64,000 bases of DNA from Podarcis muralis. Its lineage: Eukaryota. Below, in pieces: positions 1 to 10,151 of the stretch. The stretch is from positions 121,954,001-122,018,000 of the forward strand of contig NC_135656.1 in NCBI RefSeq assembly GCF_964188315.1, read 5' to 3'. Under the pieces are notes generated by a model that did no database searches, was not told where the DNA came from, and worked only from the letters and a program-made list of their open reading frames with translations. Numbering within the stretch: position 1 is the first letter of the stretch; each line of letters begins with the position of its first letter. The translations under genes and the position numbers were made by a program.

Positions 1-310
1 GTGCGGATCAGGCCATCTTCACATTTCCGAAGTCAAGAACTTGGGATGCAGATGATCTCTGGCTATTCATGATTCACCATCAATTTGGTTTTTTTCAGTG
101 GAAAAAAGTAAGGAGGGAAGCAATGCACATACATTTTGTGTCTTCACTGGGCAAGATCTAGAAAGCAGGACTTGTCCCTGGCATATAAGCATTACAGGCT
201 TGGGCAGTCATAGCTAAGCACAACCGTATTACAGAATATGCTATGTATATATGCCTACCCATTAATCACAATCTTATCTGCTATGCTGAAATTGCAAGGG
301 GAAAGTACAG

Positions 311-685
311 GGGGCAGGGGTACCTTAGGGGACGCGGGTGGCGCTGTGGGTAAAACCTCAGTGCCTAGGACTTGCCGATCGCATGGTCGGCGGTTCGAAA
401 CCCCGCGGCGGGGTGAGCTCCCGTCTTTCGGTCCAAGCTCCTGCCCACCTAGCAGTTCGAAAGCACCCCTAAGTGCAAGTAGATAAATAGGTACCGCTTT
501 ATAGCGGGAAGGTAAACGGCGTTTCCGTGTTCTGCGCTGCTGCTGGCTTGCCAGAGCAGCTTCGTCACGCTGGCCACGTGACCCGGAAGTGTCTCCGGAC
601 AGCGCTGGCTCCCGGCCTCTTAAGTGAGATGAGCGCACAACCCTAGAGTCGGACACGACTGGCCCGAACGGGCAGGGGTACCTTA
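311..685 (+). mobile_element. Sauria SINE (tRNA-derived head) in intron 1 of gene A
   Basis: Head gggacgcgggtggcgctgtggg at 329, B-box-like ggttcgaaacc, body agtagataaataggtaccgc, tail gggcaggggtacctt at 670-685. Flanked by a 69-bp direct repeat (242..310 and 684..752). Family named from recalled consensus, not a search. Confidence 0.8.
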
Positions 686-757
686 TGTATATATGCCTAC
701 CCATTAATCACAATCTTATCTGCTATGCTGAAATTGAAAGGGGAAAGTACAGCTTAC

Positions 758-994
758 CTTACAATGTAATTGCAAGGTGGGGATAAGGAAACTGTGTTCA
801 GGATGAACTGTCTGTAATGTAGATATGACCCCGCTTATGAGGTGCTCTCCTGGCTTATAATAATTTGTTGCATCTGGACGATCCCTTTCCAAGTTCAGTG
901 GGCATTTTGCTTTCTGCATCCTTGAAGCTGGACAGGGAAGCGGCAGCAGCAACAACATCAATAAGAGCCTCACTCTGGGTCTGCCTCCTTTCAT
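758..994 (-). CDS. Vmn2r: V2R gene A, coding exon 1 only (signal peptide + start of Venus-flytrap domain); downstream exons lie left of the window
   Basis: ORF 716..1018 encodes [21 protein letters not shown]...[30 protein letters not shown], homologous to exon 1 of genes B, C and D. ATG at 994, donor AAG|GTAAGC after 758. Length 237 gives phase 0, versus phase 2 in B and D, so it may be frameshifted. Confidence 0.7.
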
Positions 995-1139
995 TTTGTC
1001 TGTTGTCACTGCTCTCAACTTAGCAAGAAACTAACTAGATGAAGCTCAGAGTTTCCAGCAAGACTGAAGCCCCAGTGACATTGAGAGGAGAGGAAAGGGA
1101 TGACATGACACTTTCACACTGGCAGAATCCCTGCCTGCA

Positions 1140-1200
1140 TGGAAGATAAGTCAAAGCCCTCGATGGCACAAGAGGTCTTTAAATATGCAGCAGGCATTTC
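1140..1200 (-). promoter_or_regulatory. Candidate core promoter of V2R genes (TATA-like ATATTTAAAG)
   Basis: Block cctgctgcatatttaaagac...gacttatcttcc (minus strand) is conserved about 180-190 bp upstream of the ATG in A (1178-1185), B (~10330), C (~27455) and D (~41155), and partly in E (~52976). Function is inferred only. Confidence 0.3.
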
Positions 1201-1394
1201 AAGCTCTCATTTCTGAAATATCTGTTCTTTGTGTCAAAAGTGGGTACATTGCTTGAGTTTTGCCAAGGAATAAATCACTATGATTATGATAATTATGCAG
1301 GGAATATACATCTCTGGAATCACTGTGGAGCTTGAGGAGCAGCTGCAGAGCTGGAAGAAAACATCACAATCTGTTTTCTGATGCTCTAGAGGGT

Positions 1395-1650
1395 AGGACC
1401 AATGGCTTCAAGTTAAGGGAAAGGAGACTCTAACTAAACTTCAGGAAAAAGTTTCTGACAACAAGAGCTGCTTCAATAGTCCCCTTTGGGAGGTTGTGGA
1501 CTTTCCTTCCTTGGAGATTTTTACTCAGAGTTTGGATGACCATCTGTCATGAATGCCTGGTTGAGATTCCTGCATTGCAGAGGATTGAACTACATGCCCC
1601 TTGGGGTCCCTCTTCCAACTTTACACTTCCATAATCCCATGATTCTATGT
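1395..1650 (+). mobile_element. Old CR1 LINE 3' remnant shared by all V2R upstream regions
   Basis: Degenerate match to the 3' end of the CR1 at 13920-14163, ending in gattctatg. Homologous remnants at ~10550-10810, 27690-27930, 41375-41620 and 53190-53820. Confidence 0.55.
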
Positions 1651-1943
1651 TCACCAGATAAGCCAGGATCAAGCTATTTTTTCAGGACATTTGGGGGCCT
1701 GATATGATGATCCTCTGCTGCCTGATGGACTTTTGTTATGCATATGGGGGAGAAACTTGAAGCCTCCTGTACCAGTCGAATATTTTATTTCAGAGTATTT
1801 GTATCTATCCCCATCACCTCATATCCTCTCCTGACAAAGTTTTTTGACATTTGAAGATTTCAGTTTAGACCAGCAAGTGGCTGGATTTTTTTTATTGCCT
1901 TTCTGTTCACAGATCCCTACAATGGAAAAGAATGTACAAAGAA

Positions 1944-4019
1944 TCAGATGGCATCTTTACTTTTTGTCATCAGATGCTCCTTTGTATTCAGTTCAGGCCT
2001 GAGTAAAATAATGTAGCACTTGGGGAGGAAGATGCAGCCCAGAAGCCCAGCACTGGAAGCCAAGATAGAGAAGACCTGCACAGCTACCATGTATTTCCCC
2101 TTGGTGCTCAGGTAGGTGGGCACAAAGGACACCCAAACACTGCAGAAGACCAGCATGCTGAAGGTGATCAGCTTAGCTTCATTGAAGGCCCCAGGCAGAT
2201 TCCTGGCTAGGAAAGCCACCGTGAAGCAGATGGCAGCCAGGAAACCCATGTAGCCAAGGGCACCATAAAACATGGCAGCAGACCCTACATTACATTGCAG
2301 GATAATCTCTGCAGGTTGGGAGTGCATATCAGTGTCTGGGAATGGGGGAGAAGTCCCCAGCCAGGTGGTGCAGATGAGAACTTGGACACTGGAACATGAA
2401 AGGACAACAGCATTGGCCAGAGTCTTGCCCACCCATTTCTTCACCCTGTTCCCAGGCTTTGTGGCCAGGAAAGCCAGCACAACGGTAATGGTTTTGGCCA
2501 ACAAAGAAGAGACAGCAACTGAGAAGATGAGGACAAATGCAATTTGTTGGAGAAGACAGGTGGCTTTTCTTGGCTGGTCAATGAAGAGCAAGGAGGACAA
2601 AAAGGAGAGCAAGAGGGATACAAGGAGAATGTAGGAAAGGTCCCTGTTGTTGGCTTTGACTATGGGAGTTCTTGAGTATTTGATGAAAATTCCTAACACC
2701 AAGCCTGTGATTAAGGAGAATAACAAGGTAAAGGAAGACAAGAGAATCCCCAAATACTCTTCACAGGACAGGAAAGTGATAATCTTGGGAACACATTGAT
2801 CTCGGTGCTTGTTTGAGTGCTGATCTTCTGGACATTTGGTGCAGTGGTCTGCATCTGAAAGGAAGATGAGTGACTTCAGTACCCAGGGTCTCAACCAAGG
2901 GACATTCCCGGCCCCAGCGGGAGATACTATGACTTGAATTGGCAATCTGTTGCATGCAAAGCAGATATCCCAACCTTGGGTAAAGGTTTTAGTGGGGGGC
3001 GGGATAAAATAATACTGTTTTGGACAAGATTACAAAAGTTACCCTATTCCTTCTCTCACTTGCCTTTCACAGTGGAGATTGTCCCTTTCACACAGGGAGC
3101 ACAATCATAGCAGCAAAGTGGCTTTCCTTCCCGGATGACCTTGACATCCCCAATATGACAGCTCTCAGCACATCTGGATTGAGGGACAGTCTGCCCATAT
3201 AGAAAGATGGTCAGTGGTATTGTGGGATGTAAAGGTGCAGTCAAGTGCAACATTCCGACAGAGGACTAACGGCCTACATGTTCTAACCCGTTGCTGTGAC
3301 AACCAGTTTGTCGGTTGCTGGTAGCTTTGAAAGATAACTGCTGAGTTGCAGTCACCTCAGGACCAACTTCCCTCTGTTATAGTTCATTTGCTTGTTATGT
3401 AACCTAAGCCTGTTATGTAACCTAAGCCTGCCTTCAGATACACTTCTGTAAACCTGAATGAATCTAGAGTAAAATGGTTTTATATTACATGAATCAGATT
3501 TGTATGTGTATTCCTATAGAGGGATTCTAAGGGATTTTTAACCAGGAAGGCATAATTATTAGTAGAGCTCAGACAAGTCAGCAACAAGCTGATCGCTGCA
3601 TAAACTTATAAAGGGGATTGTTTAACTCTGCTAAATTAAACCTTCCCACAGGTATGTCTATCTATGCAATAATACTGGAGCCAATACTCCCAGCTCCTGT
3701 CACCTAGCAGTTTGAAAGCATACTAGTTTAAGTAGATAAATAGATATTGCTGCTGTGGGAAGGTAAACAGCATTTCCGTGCACTCTGGTGTCCTGTTGCG
3801 CCAGAAGCGGTTTAGTCATTCTGGCCAAATGAGCCAGAAAATGTGTCTACAGACATATGCCAGCTCCCTTGGCCTGAAAGCAGAGATGAGTGCCACACCC
3901 CATAGTTGGATTTGACTGGATTGCGCTGGATTGAACTTTACATTTTCTAAATTGTTCAGGGAATTTTAAACAAAAATAGATTGTGAAGACCTCCAACAGA
4001 ACCTCTCTAAACTTGAGTG

Positions 4020-4061
<42 letters not shown>

Positions 4062-6619
4062 TCATTATTTATACCCCACCCATCTGGCTGCGTTTCCCCA
4101 GCCACGCTGGGTGGCTGCCAATAAAATATTAAAAAACAATAGTCAATCTGTAGACGGATTAAGCAATAAATTGGGAAATGTATTTCAAAGCAAACAAGTG
4201 TGAAGTGATGCAGGTTGACGCAAAAAATATTACTTTCATAAATATGCTCCTGGAAGTTGAAGTGGTCGTTACTGTTCCTACAAAATTAAAAGTCCCTTTC
4301 AAACCAATATCCTCTGTTTTCTGGAATGGTCTGCCCATAAAGAAAGATGGCCAGGAGTTAACGGTCTTTCTATCCATGCAATAGTAGTGGAGCCAATAGT
4401 CCCAGCTCCTGCCAACCTTGCAGTTCTAAAGCTTACTTGTGCAAGTAGATAATTAGGTACTGCTGCTGTGGGAAGGTAAACAGCTTTTCCATGCATTCTG
4501 GCACTCGTCACAGTGTCCACTTGCACCAGAAGCAGTTTAGTCATGCTGGCCACATGACCCGAAAAAAGCTGTCTACAGACAAATATGGGCTCCCTCAGCT
4601 TGAAAGCAGAGATGAGTGGCACACCCCATAGTTGGATTCGACTGGATTAAACTGGCCTTAACTTTACCTTTACTAAATTGTTTAGGGAATTTTAAACAAA
4701 AATAGATTGTGAAGACCTCCAACAGAACCCCTCCAAACCTGAGTGATTGAGCAGTAAATTGGGAAATGTAATTCAAAGCAAGCAAGTGTGAAGTGATGCA
4801 AGTTGAGGCAAAAAATGTTAATTTCATAAATATGCTCATGGGAGTTGAAGTAGGGATGACTCTTCCTACAAAACTGAAATCCCTTTCAATCCAAAATCCT
4901 GTTTTCTTTTTTGGATCATAATCAAATGTATCTGAATGATTTAACCCACCTTATTAAACCAAAGGGGCCACACGATGGCATCCTGATCAATGGTGACTTT
5001 TACGTCTGCGGATCCCTCTCTCTCCATATTCCCAACTTTCCCTACATGAAGGGACTTATTGGCAAGCATCACAATGTTCACCAGGTCAAATTCAGCTGTC
5101 AGGTCCCCATTCTCATCTAAATATGCTCCACCCATAGAAGCATTGTAGAACTGAAAATCACTCAGGAAACGGTGTAACTGGAATGACAGAGAAGATCGCA
5201 GCATTTAAGAAAGTTGGCTGTTTCCACCGAGGTGGTTCACATATTATCTAGGCACATAGTAGCCATGGAGGGTTTTTCTATTTAATGTTCCCAATATACT
5301 TCTTTTTTTAAAAAAATATTTTCAATGCAAAGTTACAACAAAAATTACAAAGATAAAATCCTAAAAAAAGAATAAACCAACAAAAACAGATCAAAGCAAA
5401 CAGAAACAAAAGAAAAAAGAAAAAACCCAAACCTAAAAAAACCATATCCTGCCATCATTCTCCAGAGAAGCGGACACGGAGCAATGGATCCAAACTACAA
5501 GAAAGAAGATTCCACCTAAACATTAGGAAGAACTTCCTGACAGTAAGAGCTGTTCGACAGTGGAATTTGCTGCCAAGGAGTGTGGTGGAGTCTCCTTCTT
5601 TGGAGGTCTTTAAGCAGAGGCTTGACAACCATATGTCAGGAGTGGTCTGATGGTGTTTCCTGCTTGGCAGGGGGTTGGACTCGATGGCCCTTGTGGTCTC
5701 TTCCAACTCTATGATTCTAGGATTTTATGATTCTGTGATCATACTAATCTTTACGTACATATACAGATATTGACTTCCTTTCTCTGTTTTGAGACCTCAA
5801 AAATTGTAATCTTTTTGAATTGTTGTGTCTAATGTAAATTGCCGTATTTTGAGTTAAGTACCATTGGTATATCATTTTCCCAATATACTTGAGGTCTTTC
5901 AGAATGTGTTCTTCCATCAGTTGAGCAGCCTACGAAATAGGTTCCTTTCAAGATTTGACTGAACGTGAGTGGACTGATGTGTCTTCCATTACCAAGAACT
6001 TTCTGACGCTAAGAGCTGTAAGACAGAGGAACAGTCTCCCTCGGAGGTTGTGGACTCTCCTTCATTGTAGGTTTTTCAATAGAGGTTGGATGGTCATCTG
6101 GCAAGAATGATTTATTCGAGATTCCTGCATCGCAGTGTGGGACTAGATGACTTTCAGGGTTCCTTCCAATTCTACAATTCCATGATTCTATTATTCAGGT
6201 GAGGGGGCCTGACCTTACCTAGCTCTGCCCACCTGAGTTTATGATACTGCACCAGGCTAGACTAGGGGGTCAAGGCAGGTGTGTTGCTCTTGTCTATAGA
6301 GACACCATCTCCTAGACCAGGGAACCATTTGGCCTTGGAATGGGTTTGCGGAGAAACTTTGGAAATTAAAATTTATTGAACTACTTACATGCAGTACAAT
6401 GCTATCTTGCTATTATGATGGCATCCCTAGGAATGTATATGAATGGGGATTTAATATGAATGTCATTTCCTTTTAAGGAATCTTTGGTCTTCTCTTTGAA
6501 AGGGCCACATGATCATTGCTAGCAGTCCATAGTCTTGCAGATCAAGGTAACTATTGAAGGGTCTATCAATTCTGTATCAATCATTTTGACTCAGGTAGGT
6601 TTCTGTGTTGGTCTGGCGT

Positions 6620-6655
<36 letters not shown>

Positions 6656-9600
6656 ATTTATAATTCTCCAGTAGCACCTTAGAGACCAACTAAGTTTGTT
6701 CTTGGTAGGTATGAGCTTTGTGTGCATGCACACTTCTTCAGATACACAAGTGTGCATGCACACAAACTCATAGCAAGAACAAACTTAGTTGGTCTCTAAG
6801 GTGCGACTGGACAATTCATTTATTTTTTTAATCATTTTGATGTACAGTATTTTATAACCTCATTTATCTCCTTTTTTAAATGCTTGGTTAATTTCTGTCA
6901 ATTAAAGGTAATGGACCTACAAATCTGTCATTGAACGGGTCGTTATTTAAAATGGAACTAAATCCATCCAGATAATTAGAGAAGGAAAATGAATACCTGT
7001 GATGCTTGGACTTTTCCATCTTCCAACCTGTTCTGTCCCATCATCACCACCCTCTTGGGTCTAGAGGAGTACGCAGCATTTAAGGCATGGGCCAGAGCTC
7101 GGACAGTGTTGTAAATGCTGGAGGTGTCCTCAAACAGGCTCCTTTCAAGGACATCTTGAGGGAACCCTGAAAGGTTCTCCTTCACTTTGCATCGCTTCTG
7201 GCCTTTCACAGAAAGCACATGCTTTGAATATAAGCAATTATAGCCCCGAGGCCAAAATGGATGGTAATTACTGTAGGCGGAGGAAAATGGCAGATTACCA
7301 TCCTGTTTTGATCTTTTTTTGGTCTGGATAAAAAAAGATAGATATCCATGAATGTGCTTGTTCTCAAGTATTTTGGGAGACATGTTGGAACTGGCATATG
7401 AGAGAGCTATGGTGATCCAAACTTTCCCAGTAATGGGTTCCAGGGTTTCACTCACTATTTCTATTGTATTTGCAGCTTCTGAGGGGGACTGAGAGTCCCC
7501 ATAGTAAAGAAACACATTGATTCGCCTGTCCATGGAAAGTGAAATCTTCTTCATGAGCTTTGTGTACTCATCTCCTTTATACAGAATGTCTCGAGGAATG
7601 GTTTGTGAGAAAGCAAGGCAGACACCACCCGTAGCAAGCACAGGTGCCAGGGTGCTCAGAAACCTTTCTCCATTGTCAGAGTCAGGAGCTATGAGCCCGA
7701 TCCAAGTCCACCTGAAATGCAGGAGTAGTCTGACAATCCCTGAGCCTGGGGGTTCTTCATTTGGGGACATTCGGTAGAGCAAAGGAGATTGTGTTTTGTC
7801 AAGGGCATGATGAACAGAAGCGTAACTGACCTAGGAAGAAAAGGAAGATATAGAGGGTTTTACTGGTCAACTGGAAATTGTGCTGTGATGTCCTGCTTCC
7901 TCCACAACTCTTTAAGAAAACATGGAGCAACATTGCTAGATTTAGACCCTAGATCTTATCTGCTGTCCTTTTAAAGTTGCACAGTTAGAACATCAACAAC
8001 CCACATTCATAAGAACAAGTAATGAAAAACAGCAGAATTTGTTTTAAGAGAGATGGCTTCTGTTGGGGCTCTTCTGGGATTAAGGGGTTTTAGGGCAGTA
8101 CTCAACCAGTGACTAGTAGTGTGGGAATCTGTCCCATTTTTCCTATACTGTTTTCCATTTTTAAAATTCCACCCATTTCACAAAGCTGTTTGCTCTTTGA
8201 GAGGAAACATTCATTTGCCATATAGGCCAGGGGTTCCCAAAGTGATGCCCTCCAGATGATATTCACCTCCAACTCCCATGAGCCAATGTTCACCCCTTAG
8301 ACTGCTCTGATGGTGACCCTTTTTGTGAAACCCTTCTTCACCCAGCAGGACAAATCCTTCAACATAAGAAGAGGCTCCTGGATCAGGCCAACGGCTCATC
8401 TAGCCCAGCATCCTGTTCACACTGTGGCCAGCCAGGTGATTGTAGGAAACCAGCAAGCACAGCATGAGCTTGCTGGTTTCCTACAATCCTACAAATGCAC
8501 TCTGCCCTCATGTGATTCCCAGCAACTCAGCACCCAGAAGCATTGGTGCCTCCAACTAGGGACGTAGATCGCAGTCATCATGCCTAGCAGCCATTAATAG
8601 CCTTTGCCTTCATGAATTGGTTTAATCCTCTCTTAGAAGTTTCACTGCCTCCTCTGGGAGTGAGTTTCCTCGTTTGCTTCCTATTCAGAGAGGTGTCTGT
8701 TCTCTCCATGTTGCCCATGCTAGTGTATTCATACCTGGGGGATTTTGTAGGTTCCCAGCATAGTTGAAATCTGGAGTGAGGTGTCAGAGTTGACCCCTTC
8801 AATGAAAACCAAGGGCTTCTTCTCTCTTCCACAGTGGTAGTTTGGGACATTGGCCCTCCCAGGAGAGAGCAGATCTAGCATGGCATCATAGGTCATCCTT
8901 GCATTGAAATAATTGTCATAGATGTCATAGCCCAGGGTGATGTTGGGTAAGATCCTGTGGTCCTGATTAATCTCATGGATGGCGATCATGAAGGACAGGC
9001 AATACCAGTATGGTACCATATCTGATGCCCTGCAACAAAGCATGAAGCCTAATGTCAGTCTCCGTTCAGTGAATACTGTCAAGTCCCTGCTTTCTTAACC
9101 CTATAAGAAATAGCAGCCACGAGAATGAAGCAAAACAGAACATCCACATCACATAATCAGCCATATGTGAGTTTGTTGGAAGCTGAACGGCTGCTTGCCA
9201 GTTAAAGGGAGATAGAAGCATATTTGAGCACTTGAGTGCTGGAAGCAAGGAGTGAATACCACCCACAAATATATTGAGCAAAAGTTTGTAAAAGGACAGG
9301 GCACTAGTTCAAGGGGAGTGGTAGGTTGTAAGAGTTTGTTTCTTTATTTTTTAAAAAAAGAAGAGGAGATGTAAAATAGAGATCTTTACCAGTCATATAA
9401 TTCTTGCTTCTAATTGTTATTGCTGTTGTTATCCTATTTAGTACCTACCTTTCACCCTAATGTCCCAGGGCAGGAGAACTGAACTGGCTGCCAGTTGATT
9501 TCTAGACTCAATTCAACGTGATTGTCTATTACCTTGATAGATGATTGTGACCATTTAATAGTTATAGTCCTGCTCCTTTCAGAGGTGTGCAGATCAGGCC

Positions 9601-10083
9601 ATCTTCACATTTCCCAAGTCAAGAAGTTGGGACGCAGATGATCTCTGGATCTTCTTGATTCACCATCAATTTGTTTCTTTTTTCCGGTGGAAAAAAGAAA
9701 GGAGGGAAGCAATGCACATGCATTTTGTGTCTTCACTGGGCAAGTTCTAGAAAGCAGGACTTGTCCCTGGCATGTAAGCATTAGAGGCTTGGACAATCAC
9801 AGCTAAGCACAACAGTATCAAAGAATATGCTATGTATATATGCCTACCCATCAATCACAATTTTGTCTGCTGTGCAGAAATTGCATGGGGAAATGCAGCG
9901 TACCTTATACTGTAAATGAAAGGGGTGGCGAGGAAATGGTGTCCAATATGAACTATTTGTAATGTAGATATGACCCCGCTTATGAGGTGGTCTCCTGGCT
10001 CGTAATAATTCATTGCATCTGGACGGTCCCTTCTCAAGTTCAATGGGCATTTTGCTTTCCGCAACCTAGAAGCTGCACAGGGA

Positions 10084-10114
<31 letters not shown>

Positions 10115-10151
10115 TCAATAAGAGCCTCACTCTGGGTCTGCCTCCTGTCAT
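1944..10151 (-). CDS. Vmn2r: V2R gene B, complete 6-exon vomeronasal type-2 receptor (880 aa predicted)
   Basis: Exons: 9904..10151, 8735..9029, 6997..7830, 4950..5177, 3064..3190, 1944..2854 (248+295+834+228+127+911 = 2643 nt; phases 2,0,0,0,1 are consistent). Motifs [35 protein letters not shown] and [23 protein letters not shown]. Intron 5 needs a GC donor to keep frame. Confidence 0.9.
3680..4660 (+). mobile_element. Two degenerate Sauria SINE remnants (~3680-3935, ~4390-4660) and an L2 3' tail with (TAA)n (~4022-4150, minus strand) in intron 4 of gene B
   Basis: ccagctcctg..cctagcagtttgaaagc..agtagataaatag matches the younger SINE body. The (TAA)n followed by ttatttataccccacccatctggct matches the reverse complement of the L2 tail at 56020-56127. 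Confidence 0.6.
5302..5876 (-). mobile_element. 5'-truncated, internally deleted L1-like fragment with a nested CR1 3' end (5459..5737, +)
   Basis: 14-bp direct repeat ttcccaatatactt at 5288..5301 and 5877..5890; gene E shows a single copy of the site at ~47767. A longer version in D encodes an L1 ORF2 C-terminal CCHC-like segment. The nested piece closely matches CR1 13905-14163. Confidence 0.7.
6590..6829. mobile_element. Penelope-like element remnant with (CA)n and a 143-bp fold-back
   Basis: 11-bp direct repeat aatcattttga (6579..6589, 6830..6840); insert absent in C and D. Inverted arms ccagtagcaccttagagaccaactaagtttgttcttg / caagaacaaacttagttggtctctaaggtgcgactgg. Family from recalled reptile Penelope-like motifs. 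Confidence 0.55.
8355..8690 (-). mobile_element. Old CR1-type 3' fragment in intron 2, shared by all paralogs
   Basis: Reverse complement ends in ...gcctgatccaggagcctcttcttatgtt, a CR1-like tail. Same insert at ~25750-26060, 39230-39520, 51080-51330 and 62790-63090. Confidence 0.45.

Noticed and set aside
329-420. tRNA gene
   Set aside because: The A/B-box-like motifs belong to the SINE head, continue into SINE body, and give no complete cloverleaf.
2272-2634. Conserved antisense ORF repeated in each paralog (also 7517, 4911 and equivalents)
   Set aside because: Shadow frames of conserved V2R exons; their recurrence follows from paralogy.
2855-2945. Alternative N-terminus [30 protein letters not shown] giving a single-exon 333-aa GPCR (also at C and D)
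   Set aside because: It starts at TTG, not ATG, lies in intron 5 upstream of a clear acceptor (ttcctttcag|AT), and is closed by a stop in gene F.
1944-10151. Assignment to CaSR, GPRC6A, T1R or a specific numbered Vmn2r ortholog
   Set aside because: The tandem multi-copy array, exon sizes and 7TM motifs fit expanded V2Rs; one-to-one orthology cannot be determined without phylogeny.
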